Part shown: in pieces, positions 26,438 to 39,090 of the stretch
Position numbering within the stretch: the first letter of the stretch is position 1
Layout: every line of letters begins with the position of its first letter
Origin: Haliotis rufescens
Lineage: Eukaryota
Direction of reading: 5' to 3'
DNA length: 64,000 nucleotides
Assembly: GCF_023055435.1 (NCBI RefSeq)
Contig: NW_025964112.1
Coordinates: 37,634,001 to 37,698,000, forward strand
Notes under the pieces: model-generated
Seen by the model: the letters and a program-made list of their open reading frames with translations, nothing else
The model's database searches: none
What the model was told of the DNA's origin: nothing
Made by a program: the position numbers and the translations under genes

Positions 26438-27305
26438 TCCAGGTAATGAGTAAGCATGTACTGCTGCACCCATAATGCCCTCACACACTTTGCATAAAAA
26501 GTAGGTGTTTGTTTATTCCTAACGTTGCACAGGAAATCATTACGGAACGTAAATAACAAGTGTGATATTGTAACTTGGAGATATCGTGTTTACTACAGTG
26601 TTAACCCCTTTAAACCGGAAACCCCAAATTCCGGACGTTTATCACACTGACTGAAACAATGAGGCTCCTTCCGCGTCAATCAGTAAGTGTTACAACACAT
26701 CTAAATTAATCATATCCTTACTAGTATTAACATTTTTTTATCTAATGTTTTCTCAAGATCTGAAAATGCAAGATGTGTTTTAACTAAAGCAATTCACCAT
26801 ATGAACGTCCTCAGTGATCTTGTAAAACGACTCAATCACCGCAAGTGTTTTTACAGCCATTTTTTTCCATGCCAAAGCATATGGGCAGATGCCCGGAAAG
26901 TTATGTTTTTTTGTTTATGTGGGGGAATATTTTCAAGCGCATCTAGTTCAGCGGTTACGTTCCCTGAAAAAAATCCCTTCCGTCAGAATTTCCACATTGG
27001 TGTATGAATACATCCATAAGTTTGTTTTACCTGGCATCCGGTCACGTGATCACACAAATACGCGCTCCACCTGTATCAATAATTATTGCGCCAATAATTA
27101 TTTATTTTACAGTTTTTATATTAGTTATATAATATTCAAATTTCAGCCGAACCTGTTGGACATTTTTTGTGGACTTCACAACACTAACTGATAGTGGGTG
27201 GTGATTCGGTTGTGTACATCGTGTCCTATAAGCCTAAGCTAAGCCCCTATATGTTCATTAACCTCGCATCGGGAACAGTAGGAACATCAATCGTAGTCCC
27301 ATACT

Positions 27306-27499
27306 AAGCCTTGCTCCAAGGCTGTATTGAAAGATATAAGACCATGGATGCGTGGTAATCCTATCCTCCAAATAGGAAAGTCTAGATAAGTGGACAGTAC
27401 AAAGACGCCAGTCTCTTAAAGAGCCAACTTATTATTCGTATGATATAGAAATTATTATTTAAATTAATAACTATTGCCTTAGAGACTTGTGCAAGTCCA
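27306..27499. mobile_element. AcademH-like non-autonomous element, subfamily 2
   Basis: homologous to 44321-44525; degenerate 9-bp TSD tcccatact / tcccccact. Confidence 0.6.
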
Positions 27500-27754
27500 T
27501 CCCCCACTCATCTTTTCAAAGTATCCCTCGGAGCATGTAATCATAACATGTCACCAACAGATAACATCAGCTGATTGATTTTAAAATATATCAGTCGCAC
27601 ATGTATTCTATTTTAAACCTGTTGCACTTTAAACCTATTTTTGTAACGAAACTTGACTCCAAATCTGAGTTCCCCATTATGCGTAGACTTCATGCCGGGC
27701 TGATGGTACCAGTATTGCTGTAAGTTGTCACTAGGTGCCAAGAACATCAATACA

Positions 27755-28384
27755 AGCTGTTGACTACAAGCCTGCAGGATGGACGCTGAGAGCCAGTTTG
27801 ATTAACGTTAACATCTAGAGTGTCTACAAACACTATTTACTGGTCTTCCTGGCGACAAATTACTAAAACTTAAGCCATACATCCGTAGACCATTTCAAAT
27901 AAATTGCAATATCTATCCTTATGGCATCTGCGTGACACGAGCATTTTGCGACCCCTGAAGCGTTCAGCGTTGCCCCATCCCGTCCCTGGCATCTCTTCAC
28001 AAGCATCCCATCTTGCGCCAGGCCTATCTGCCAGCTAAAGAAATGAATACCACAACTGTCCATCAATGACGGAAATATCTCTCAAGCTCGCAGACCGTGG
28101 CGAGATCTCGTGATAGCATCCGGGTTCTTATCTGTCGCCATTTTCTTCACGCTTGTCATAGTTAGATTTGTCTCCCGACTTTGTCTTGTGTTCCTAATGC
28201 TGGAATGATAAGGAGGAGGAGAGGTCAAGATAGACATGACACTTGACCCCCAGATCCGCACCACCGCCGACATATCACTGCTATCATTAATAATAGCAAG
28301 AATCGAGAAAAGATTATCTTTACCATCGTGCTTGAGAAGTCGCCGAATTAACCTGTCAGTCGCTTGGAGTAGTTGTTCAAATCT
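27755..28384 (-). pseudogene. Decayed secreted cystine-knot-like paralogue
   Basis: acceptor tattttcag; MVKIIFSRFLLLLMIAVIC (ATG 28326); RCQGR; CH[G]RC at 27924-27937 (1-nt deletion); HKDRYCNLFEMVYGCMA; FVARK; LSVHPAG-CS at 27763-27781. Confidence 0.5.
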
Positions 28385-29446
28385 CTGAAAATAACAAGAA
28401 AGGTTGAGCCGTGATCGCTGTCTGCCCTTCTTGACAAGACCCAAGGGGTCAGTCCACCAGTTAGACAGGCATATATGTTACGTTAAAGATATGTTATTTA
28501 AAAATGTTTATCCACAAAATAAACCAAAAAAAATCCAAATGGAGCCCACAACATTTCAGGCTTGAGTTGAGGAAATCTAGACTTGTCAAAATTAGAATTG
28601 GCCTCCTTCCAAATTTATTCTCTAGGGTCAGTGAGACAATCCATCAGTCAAGAATCATTACCTATATTATATACATGTGGTTTGCGACTGTCAAGTGCTT
28701 GATCACTGTCCAGACATCTGAGGTGGATGAGTGAATGTTGTTCAACGCCGCTTGTGGCAATATTCAAGCAATCTATCACAACGCGGGCGCAATGTATCCC
28801 AACTCAAAGTATCCATGTGGGGAAACGAACCCGGCTTTCGGTGCGATGAGTGAATGCTGTAACCCCTGGTCAAGTCATTGTGATATACTCAGGGACATAA
28901 ATAAGGCAGCATAGTACAGGGACACACGTTTGACATGGTAAAGGGACACACGTTTGACATGACATTTCGGCGACAAGTGTTCAATTCCAGCGTTCGTCAC
29001 TATATGACTGAGGGTAATGCCAATGTGATGTTAAACTTTCAACTCACTCTCTCACGTGAGAACAGTGTGAGTTCAACGCCACTTTCAACAGATTTCTGTT
29101 ATCACGGAGTTTTAGCTTAATGATGCAGGTCTCAGGCGTTCACACTTTGCTGAAACCTACGAGCACGAGTATGTTGCTGAAACCTAAAAACCGGGTCAAA
29201 CCTTGATTTGAACCCACGACCATAGGTGACTGGCGTGTCCAAGGGACGCAACTCTGTGGCGTCTTAAAACAGTGTACCACCCTTTACCCGACAGTGCGTT
29301 GTAGTGACACATCATATACTGGGCATTTCACTTTGTTTCTTTTGAGATAAAGCTGGACACCTGCATTTCTTTCTTGCCGGGCTACTCTGAAGTTCTTGTT
29401 CTTTTGTACAGGAGTCAGTGAGGTTCAACGTGTCCTTGAATATCAG

Positions 29447-29745
29447 TCCGCCTTTCGTGCTCTAGTGGTAGAGCGTCGATCCGGAGAGCGGAGGGTCGGG
29501 GGTTCGATACCCGTCCGCTCACACGAAAAGACGTTAAAAGATGGTACTTGTTACCTTGCCTTGAGCTCGGCATTAGGGGGCTAAGACAAGGGCTTGTATG
29601 CTGTGTCTGAGTGGGGTATTCATTTTAAACTCCGGCGTGGTATCTCAGTAGGCTAACGCTATACAATTGGCATGAGTCCGGACTAGATCAAACCCCGGAC
29701 CTTCCGCTCTCGGGCGGACGCTCTACCACCAGACCACGGAGGCGC
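29447..29745. mobile_element. SINE family B (+) fused to an inverted family B head (-)
   Basis: head at 29447 and its reverse complement at about 29686-29745. Confidence 0.8.
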
Positions 29746-29759
29746 TCACATCAACAATT

Positions 29760-30027
29760 GAGTGAGTGAATTTGGTTTAATACCGCTTTTAACAGTATTC
29801 AAGTTATATCGCAGCGTGTCAGCTTTATGTGGGAGGAAAGCCGGAAGTGATGCAGGTCTGAGACGTTTACCACTTCGGTGAAACCCACGAGCACGGGTAT
29901 GGTGCTGACAAACCTAGAAACATAATCGGGATTCGAACCCACAATCATAGGTTTCTGGCGTGCCCAAGGGACGCAGCTCTGCACAGCGAATCGCGGCGCC
30001 TTAGACGACTGGGCCACCCGTGCCCCC
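29760..30027 (-). mobile_element. tRNA-derived SINE family E (V-domain-like)
   Basis: tggcccagtcg..ggttcgaatccc head; gtgggtttc..ccggctttcctcccaca core; shared (cact)n tail; degenerate copy at about 29070-29290. Confidence 0.7.
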
Positions 30028-30551
30028 TCACATCAACAATGAAAATAGACACTTTATATACATGAATGTATAATAACGTACATCTGTAATCAAAACGCAA
30101 TTGTCTTTTAACACGAAGAGTGACACACATTATGTCATTCACACACTATGTCATTATCCCGACTAAAAGAAACTTATTGTAGATTATTTTGTCGATGTCC
30201 TTGAACAGAACCATTAGATAGTGCCCTTTCTGGTTCTTTTCCTGACAGTAGAATAATCATTAAAGTTAAGACTTTAAGACTTTGGGTTTTGCATATTAAT
30301 AGTTGATCCGGGCGTGGGGTGCCTTTCCATTCTTCTAACAACACGTTGCGCTCCATAAATAGTTCAGTACAAATATCAAGGGTTTCTTACTTTGAACTGT
30401 TAGCACATAAGGAGTTCAAATTAACACTTAAAATTAGCACTTGAAGAATCCAATCCAGCTAAGATCAAACGCACATGCAACACGAAAGGTCTTTATGTGT
30501 TAAACCATTTCAATTTTCGAACTTTCTTTTTGAAAATATTCTTCTTTGCAG

Positions 30552-30814
30552 AAGGTGAAGAACTCCTTTGTCCGGACGACCGGAAGCTCGTCCATCACGG
30601 CCGGCATTTAGCGAGATCAAACCGCACGAACAAGGGCTGTACAATGGCCCCCGAGAAGCTGGGGTACGGAGGGTGGAGGGGCGTGCAATCCATCAGCAAT
30701 GTCAGGGGTGTCATCACATCAGCAAACATCACGGATAACGCCGACGTTTTCATCTCTACCGCCGCGGGGTCGTTGCTCTGCCGTGTCCGCTGCCAACCTC
30801 GCTGTCTTGTCTAA
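30552..30814 (+). CDS. Probable terminal coding exon of an unidentified gene (about 87 aa)
   Basis: pyrimidine tract + cag acceptor, GC3-rich open frame (GEELLCPDD..CRVRCQPRCLV-stop), AATAAA at 30945-30950. Confidence 0.5.
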
Positions 30815-31346
30815 CGGAGACCGCTGAGTCGGAGCGCACGACTTCTACATCGATGTTTTGTCCTTATCCTGAGTTAAGAAGATTGCTCGCACTCGGATAA
30901 TGAAAGGGAGTCACCCCCTGTGATGTGCATCAGTTAATGAATGCAATAAATCACTGCTGTAATCGGTCAGCCACGCTGTATATTTCTTCTAATTGTGGTT
31001 TTGTAAGGAGCGTGCAGTAAGTTAGTAGGAGCATATATAGTAAGCTTGGACAACGGCCCATTTGCCTTCAGAAAATGCAAGAGTCAAACCTATAATGTTA
31101 GAAAATACACACCCAGGTTTGATGGTGGATAAAAATGAAAAAATCATGAGATGGTTTTTTGATAGTGATGTATTTGATACGGGTATCTTAGTCGTGTTTC
31201 GGCGACTGTTTTCAGCCTTGTTACGTTTTATTAACGTTTATAATTTGTTGGTCAAATCAAATTTTCAAGTGTATGCTTGCTGTTACCCTGCAGTTAGGTA
31301 ACTCAAATCAAGTTCATTTCGTAATTCATGCGACATGCCCAATAGA

Positions 31347-31597
31347 TGTTTGTTTGTTTGTTGTTTAACGCCGCACTCAGCAATATTCAAGCTATATGAT
31401 AGCTGTCTGTAAAAATTCGCGTCTGGACCAGACAATCCAGTGATTGACATCATGGTCATCGATCCACGCAATGGGGATCGATGACATGTAGCAACCAAAT
31501 CAGCGAGCCTGACCACCGGATCCCGTTAGACGCCTCTTGCGACAAGCATAGTCGCCTTTTACGGCAAGCATGGGTTGCTGAAGACCGTTTCTACCCC
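31347..31597 (-). mobile_element. SINE-like family C
   Basis: homology; (aaac)n tail. Confidence 0.88.
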
Positions 31598-31795
31598 TAA
31601 TCTTGTATAGCCAATAGAATAGTTGAAAGTTGCATTATGTTAGTGTCACGTGCCAAGCGTGTTACACCCTAAGAGGTAACGTCTAATTACGGACTTATAT
31701 AACTTATGTATATAGGTCCGTGGTTTATATAGTTTGTATAAGTATAATGAGCTACATGAATTTATAAACGTCACTTTACCTTTGAAATATATAGT

Positions 31796-31990
31796 GTGAG
31801 GTGAGGTGAAATTGGGTTTAACGTCGCGTCCAAGTTTATTGCACTTATATAGCGACGTGCATGCACGTGTATGTGTGTGTGTGTGCTTGTACTAGTCCGG
31901 ACTGATGCCGATTTATAGTGCTAGCTCACTGAGATACCATGCCGCAGTTTAACATGAATACCCCACTCAGACACAGTATACTGACTCAGA
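31796..31990 (-). mobile_element. SINE family B, 3' half
   Basis: homology to 3895-4260. Confidence 0.85.
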
Positions 31991-32204
31991 CACATAGTTA
32001 CATAATCCATTCACATCTAAAAGGCTGGCGATGTATTCAGTTTCATGTAGTATTTTCTAAATTGGTATCTAGTACTAGTACTAGTACTAGTATCTATTTC
32101 CATGATACAGATGATCTTAATATTAACATTTGGTACTTGGCATTTGAAACACTTTTGGCAGAAACAAATGCAGGAGATCTTAAGAGTTTTTACTGAGTTT
32201 GGCC

Positions 32205-32410
32205 GAGACTAACATCTAGTCTCTGAAATGAACCCATTTTAAAGAAAAAATTGTTGTTAAGTTATTGTATACATAAATTATATTCAAAAGGAGCCAAGAG
32301 ACTTTCTTCATTTTCAGACCTGATACTGTAGTAATCTAGACTTGCCAAATAGTATAGACTTGCATGGGCTTTATTGGATATATTTGTTTCAGGGTCCGTG
32401 TGACAGACTA
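32205..32410 (+). mobile_element. AcademH-like non-autonomous element
   Basis: TSD agtttggcc / agtttgggc. Confidence 0.78.
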
Positions 32411-32570
32411 AGTTTGGGCTTGTGAGTGATGATTGTAGGTTAGATCTTAAGGATGGATACAGGGGACATCGTAGTAGGAAATGGTCATCATCTTCTCCTT
32501 CATCACTTGTGCAATAACAAAATCTTTCGTCAGACGTGTTGGTGTGTCTGCCTTTTTCTATTTGTAGAGT

Positions 32571-32737
32571 GGGGGCGGTTGGGTAGCCTAGTGGTTAAAG
32601 CGTTTGTTCGTCACACCGAAGACCCGGGTTCGATTCCCAACACGGGCACAATGTGTGAAGCTCATTTCTGGTGTTCCCCGCCGTGATATTGCTGGAATAT
32701 TGCTAAAAGCGGCGTAAAACCTCACTCACTCACTCAC
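32571..32737 (+). mobile_element. tRNA-derived SINE family A
   Basis: TSD ctatttgtaga (32558-32568 / 32737-32747). Confidence 0.93.
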
Positions 32738-33299
32738 TATTTGTAGATTGTGTGCATCAAGTCTCACTTTGTTGATGTTACACGCTGCCATACAAGTTTG
32801 ACAACAGATAGTTAGTCTTTAACTCAAATCTATCACCAATATTGCCAAAGTGCCTCAATTTATGCATGGAATGGAATTTGTTTACTTGCAGACACAATAT
32901 TTTCCTAAATTTACTTTGTATGTATTTTGTAAAGTCGTTAGATGAGATGTTTTATGAGTCCTTTATTCTGAAATAAATACTGCCAAAATTTGGTGATTGA
33001 AGGTGTCCATGAGGTGAAGTATTAATTGATATCTTCAGGAAATAGCAAAGTCTTTTAAAGAGTAAGATCGAACCTCATTATCTCGAACATAGCGTGATCG
33101 TGTTGTAACTTCGAGATATCCAGACAGTCGAGATAACGAGGATTTAACATCCAGGCAGTAACAGAATTATTGATCCATACAAATAGGGATGCGATCAGGA
33201 CCGATCATAGGTTCGCAATATCTGTACATTCGAGATAACGGATGCAAATGTACTTTATAGTTGATAAAGTGTGGGGGGCTATAGTTTTTATTTGCATAT

Positions 33300-33775
33300 G
33301 TATTGCTTAACACGGATGAAATGTCTTTATAGTTTTGCACGTGCTAGGACAATTACAGTAAGACACACCCTACCAGTGGATCCAATTTGCTGGCTGGTGT
33401 TTTCGGCTGAAATCATGATCTATAAATCTGTAAATGAATCCAACTTAATGTCTGCAGTGTACATGTCGGCATTTGGATAGGCTAACGACTGCACTTGTCA
33501 GCCACAAAGACATTTGTCGACTATCTTCTTGATAATTGCTTTAAACTGGTCAAAATGCGGTCACGATCTTATCACTCTAGCAACTGCTTCAATGACGGAT
33601 GTCGGTACACAGTAGCGTCCGAACTCTCAAACATTCTGATCAAAGAAATGCTACTAGTTAGACAACCATCTGTGAACATGGAAACCCTAGACTAAAAGAC
33701 CACACATGTCAGACAACTTTGTAAAACATCGCAAATACCAGGCGCGTGTGATGCCGTTCGGGTTTTCAGGCCTTT
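33300..33775 (+). pseudogene. Candidate decayed cystine-knot-like paralogue
   Basis: DCTCQP at 33490, LITL..NCFNDGC about 30 codons later, VMPFG[F]S[G] at 33748-33771 (ttt and ggc are one base from Cys). Confidence 0.35.
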
Positions 33776-33947
33776 GGTCTCGCTGAATTAAAAGTTGTTT
33801 TCAAAGCGATCATTCAACTTACTTGTAGCGCGTCTGTTTTCGAGCGTGATTTCGACGAAAGTTTATGGTTGAAGAAATACAAAATGACTTTCTGGTGTAA
33901 GTATATGAATTGTTGCAGTCGAACAATTCAATTTGCATATTATATTA

Positions 33948-34292
33948 GGGCGGTGGGGAGCCAAGAGGCGAAAGCGTTTGCTCGACACGCCGACGGCACT
34001 GGGTTCGATTCTTTACATGGCCACAATGTCCATTTCTGGTGTCAGCCACCGTGATATTACTGGAGTATTTCTTAAAGCGGGTAAATCCATACCCACATAC
34101 AATCACAATACGCGGTCTCCTGATCAGCAGGGGCGGTCGGGTAGCCTAGTGGTTAAAGCGTTAGCTCGTCACGCCAAAGACCCGGGTTCGATTCCCGACA
34201 TGGGTACAATGTGTGAAGCCCATTTCTGGTGTCCCCCGCCGTGATATTGCTGGAATATTGCTAAAAGCGGCTTAAAACCATACTCACTCACT
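33948..34292 (+). mobile_element. Two tandem SINE family A copies (old 33948-34100; young 34131-34292)
   Basis: young copy has 14-bp TSD ctcctgatcagcag. Confidence 0.9.
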
Positions 34293-34756
34293 CCTGATCA
34301 GCAGAATATAAATATTCCAGCAACCCTTCCGACATTCCTCCCACATGAAGCACGCATGGCTTGAAATTTAAAATATTGTTCAAAGCCTTATTAAAAATCA
34401 CTCACTCACTTTATCTATTACCGAAACCAAAAAATTCTACACACCTGTCTTCGACACCGTTGCTACGTCCCTGGTGTGTCTGGTTTAAAATATCACACAG
34501 AATTGCACGTCAATCTGATCGGAGTAAATGTGTATTTCATATTTTAGCAATACGTTTGCTGTTCTATATCAGACAGTGGGTATTCCTGAGTTATGATGTT
34601 TCTGCTTCAGTAACAATAATGAGTGGGATCCTGGAGTTGATGAAGACTCATTGATTCCGCGCATCACGGTGTCCAGGCCGTGCAGGTCAACGAAGGAGGC
34701 TTCTGCTGACAATAGAACTAGTGTGACTAAAGTTTGCTTATAAAGGTCAACCAGTG

Positions 34757-34983
34757 GAGATCCGGGTCGGAATGGATCTTCAGCAACCGGTGCTTGTCGT
34801 AAAAGGCGACCATAACGGGATCGGATGGTCAGGCTCGTTGACATGGTTCATCATATCCCAAATGGGAGGATCGATGCTCCCGATGTCAATCACCAGATTG
34901 TTTCGTCCAAATTCGATCGTTTGGATACCGCCGTCATAAAGCTGTGCTGTTGCTGAGTGCGGCGTTCAACAACAAACAACAAC
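34757..34983 (+). mobile_element. SINE-like family C
   Basis: homology to other copies. Confidence 0.8.
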
Positions 34984-35645
34984 ATGTAAGTTTTGTACCG
35001 TACACAGATACGACCAGATTTTGAGTCCTGGGCCCACTTGCACAAAGCGATCTTAGCGCTACGACTATTGTAAGCCGCTTTGTGCAAGTGGGCCCTGGTC
35101 TGTTGGCACTGTACCTGAATACATACTAAACGTATTAAATAAATAATAAAAATAAATAAAATTGACCTTAATCGATTTTGTAGAGGCAAGAATGATGCAA
35201 TGATGTATCATTTGTCAGTTGGCGAAGGACTGCTTTCTGTGTTCTATAAAGTGGGAAAATACGTCACTTCCGGTACAGGTGGTACATGGGATATTCCCTG
35301 TTTGTGCACGGAGAATAGAGCACGTGCTTACTGTCATGTACAATTCCACGTGCTGCCCTCTTCATCTGCTACAGAAACACGGTTAATCCGTGTAATCCAC
35401 TGGCTAAATGATGTGGTATCAGGCCACGGTAAGGTCACATCAAGTTCAGGTCTTCGCGAGCTGAGTGCCGTTGTACAAAACGATCTCAGTGCTGAGGTGA
35501 TCGTGACTCCAATACCTAAACATACACTTACGACAGTCGTACAGTTTTCTACAACGGCACCCGGAGCATCACTCTGTTTGTTTTTATCTCCAAAATGAAA
35601 TATCATGCCAGTTTGGGCACATTCAGTAATTTGTTTGTGGATCAT

Positions 35646-35850
35646 ATGCTTGTGGTAAGAGGCGAGTCACGTAGTCGGGTGGTCAGGGTCGCTGACTTGG
35701 TTGATGCATGTAATCGTATCCCAATTGCGTAGATCGATGCTCATGATGTCAATCACTGGAATGTCTGGTCCAGACTCGATTATTTACAGACTGCCGTCAT
35801 GTAGCTGGAATATTGCTGAGTGCGCGTTAGCCAACAACCAAACAAAACCA
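35646..35850 (+). mobile_element. SINE-like family C (5'-truncated)
   Basis: homology to other copies. Confidence 0.82.
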
Positions 35851-36049
35851 GCAGAGAAAGTCAGATGGAAGAACCACCACACATCGTTCATCGTTTCCTG
35901 CATTCTTTGTTTGTCATACGACTCTGCGGATCATTTTCCTGTTAAACAAGTTATATTATCACACAGTGTAATTGTGTACTTTGTAAATCATAAGATAAAA
36001 ATGATATGTTATTTGAGCAAGTAATTTAACCTAGGATGCATCCTAGTGT

Positions 36050-36992
36050 CATGCATTATCCAGGGGTTTCATTACTTCGTCACATCAACGAGGAACGCTT
36101 AGAACCGTGCATTATTTAAGGGTTTCATAACTTCGCCACATCAACGGGGAACGCTTAGAACCGTGCATTATTTAAGGGTTTCATAACTTCGCCACATCAA
36201 CGGGGAACGCTTAGAACCGTGCATTATTTAAGGGTTTCATTACTTCGCCACATCAACGGGGAACGCTTAGAACCGTGCATTATTTAAGGGTTTCATTACT
36301 TCGCCACATCAACGGGGAACGCTTAGAACCGTGCATTATTTAAGGGTTTCATTACTTCGCCACATCAACGGGGAACGCTTAGAACCGTGCATTATTTAAG
36401 GGTTTCAAAACTTCGCCACATCAACGGGGAACGCTTAGAACCGTGCATTATTTAAGGGTTTCATTACTTCGCCACATCAACGGGGAACGCTTAGAACCGT
36501 GCATTATTTAAGGGTTTCATTACTTCGCCACATCAACGGGCAGCGCTTAGAACCGTGCATTATCTAAGGGTTTCATTACTTCGCCACATCAACGAGGAAC
36601 GCTTAGAACCGTGCATTATTTAAGGGTTTCATTACTTCGCCACATCAACGGGGAACGCTTAGAACCGTGCATTACTTAAGGGTTTCATTACTTCGCCACA
36701 TCAACGAGGAACGCTTAGAACCGTGCATTACTTAAGGGTTTCATTACTTCGCCACATCAACGAGGAACGCTTAGAACCGTGCATTATTTAAGGGTTTCAT
36801 TACTTCGCCACATCAACGAGGAACGCTTAGAAACGTGTGTTATTTAAGGGTTTCATTACTTCGCCACATCAACGAGGAACGCTTAGAACCGTGTATTATT
36901 TAAGGGTTTCATTACTTCGCCACATCAACGAGGAACGCTTAGAACCGTGTATTATTTAAGGGTTTCATTACTTCGCGACACCAACGGGGAAC
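36050..36992. repeat. 56-bp homogeneous tandem repeat, about 16.5 units
   Basis: ttagaaccgtgcattatttaagggtttcattacttcgccacatcaacggggaacgc; period 56; no unique spacers. Confidence 0.97.
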
Positions 36993-38130
36993 AGTTAGTT
37001 CTGTGCATTGTTAAGCCCCCAACACTAGTTGGTCAGACGCAGACAATAATTGCACGAGACTTTACTGGATTGCCTCCTATTATTCTGAGTGTCTCCACCG
37101 CATTGCATATCTACTTAGAAACGCGGTATGTAATCAGCACTGAAACACATAAGGGATGCTGACCGACAGTTAGCAGCCTTGATCACTCATAAAAATACAC
37201 TAAAATACATATCGTGTCAGAGCGGGTTGTTTGAGTGTGTTGACAAAAAGATAATGACATATTCCATCAGCTCACCATAACTCTTTTATCTCTAACAAGT
37301 AACGTGAAACCACATAGAGAAAAATGCCCCTTTAATCATGACGCAAAATGTCATTTGGGTGCTTTAAAAAGAAAAGTTAAATACGACACTTTGATTAACT
37401 TTAACCATGGGTCTTTATACACAAAGGGTCGTAGATTCCGTTTTTGGATTTCGCTGTCAATCATTCAGTTCAAACCAATTTTGATACTGATCTACTGGCG
37501 TTACTAAGTGCACACTAAGATCTTGCTATGGAAGAAATACAAAGAGATGCACGAATAGAATAAATTGCATCTGGAGTGTCTTTTACAGCGTTGTTTTGAC
37601 AAAACTCCGACCCCATTACCCTTCTCTGTCACATTTTGTCCCCAATCAATTTCTCGTAATGAACGAGATCTCGCAAATTCCCACTCTATAACATCAAAGT
37701 CTCGTCACGCACGAGATCTGTCAAAGTGGGACTCGGTACTTCGTTTCTATAGCTGGTGGCTTAGCTAAACAAATCTCGCCTTGACTCGAGGCTTCGGAGT
37801 AATGCCGTCTTGATGGTTCCGTATTGAAATGACTTCTCCATCGCCGTGTAATTAGAGCAAAAATGTGGAAATTCTATATCTTGACAGAATTAATCATCAA
37901 AACGTCTGATGAATCATGTCTGTGTCAGTTTGATCGCCAGTATACACGATAATTGTCGCCATCATTTTGTGGAATCCACTTTTCTGTGGCCAACAGTTTA
38001 CATATCTGATACAGAGGTGAGATGGCTCACTATCTGCCTCATTTATAAACCCATTATTTTGAAATCTTTCACAAACTAGAAGAGACTAAAGGCTCTGAAA
38101 CATCCAACATATCAGGCTAAGGCAAGGTCA

Positions 38131-38306
38131 TCTGTCATACAGACCTTGAAACAAATATAACCAATATAGCCCATGCAAGTCTATAATATATGTCAAGTCT
38201 AGGTTACTGCAGACTGAAAATAAAGTTTCTTGGCTCCTTTTAACTATTATTTTATAACTGTTTTCTCTGTAAAATATGTTACTCTTAGAGACGATATGTT
38301 AGTCCA
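38131..38306 (-). mobile_element. AcademH-like non-autonomous element
   Basis: TSD gcaaggtca / gcaatgtca; related degenerate copies at about 10456-10650, 28461-28643, 38535-38690 and 39470-39635. Confidence 0.7.
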
Positions 38307-38789
38307 GCAATGTCACTGTCGTCCACTGGTCTCGAGGCTGGCAACTATCCAGAAGCATTGTCTCTTACAGATCCCAGAGCATATAGTTAATAAAACCATT
38401 AACCCACTTTTCACTCTCACCCCTGTCTCAGTTCAAGCAGCCTTAGCCTTGGTGCAGTCTCGAGATCCATAGAAAAAACATAATAAAGGAATTGGCATCT
38501 TAAACGCTTGATTAAGAAAGAAACTGGTGAATAAAAAAAAATGTTGCGTTCATGAGCTGGCAGGTCTAAACTGCCTCAGTCTGAAATTAAGTATTGTTCT
38601 GGGCTCCATCTGGATTTTATTTCATTTTATAAGTATTCATAATTTTAAATAAGACTACTTCATTTCTCGGACTAAATTTTAATCGAAAGCAGCCATAGAC
38701 ATCGTCTTTCCATCTCCAGACAGACTTGAAGCTTCCTTATTATTCGAGGATTTCTATGTAAAATTATATGTTTAACTTTTTACATTAGC

Positions 38790-39090
38790 ATATTTTGGAA
38801 CTATATGTTAGTCTGAAGGGAGGACAACATGCTTTCTCTAGTTGTATTAATAGACCACTAATCCTGATCTGTGGAGTGGTGCTGTGGTGTCTACCTTTGC
38901 ATGAAATACTAGATTCAAAGCTGCATGTCACACACTATCCACACAGGCAAATAATACTACATCGGTTCAGAGTGTACAGCTAGTCTGTCTCCCAGTCTCT
39001 AAAGAATATATTAAGTAAAAGCGACAGAACCCTTTATATTCAAAAGAAATCTCATAAAAGTGATTCCGACTTTATCATGAGCATGTGTTT
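38790..39090 (+). pseudogene. Decayed cystine-knot-like paralogue
   Basis: one frame 38880-39086: CCGV[Y]LC..SC..ECTASLSP..KVIPTLS[stop]AC; tac and tga are one base from Cys. Confidence 0.45.

Noticed and set aside
28082-28084. In-frame TGA as selenocysteine joining two minus-strand ORFs
   Set aside because: No SECIS recognised; the region is better explained as a frameshifted pseudogene
32571-32645. tRNA genes at SINE heads
   Set aside because: All continue into SINE bodies with tails and TSDs; no proper acceptor stem
34605-35600. Exon-like stretches at 34605-34740, 35330-35500 and 20267-20318
   Set aside because: Only weak splice-like signals; no recognisable protein or codon bias
36050-36992. 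CRISPR-like array (also 23895-24660)
   Set aside because: Contiguous repeats without unique spacers, no cas genes, eukaryotic context
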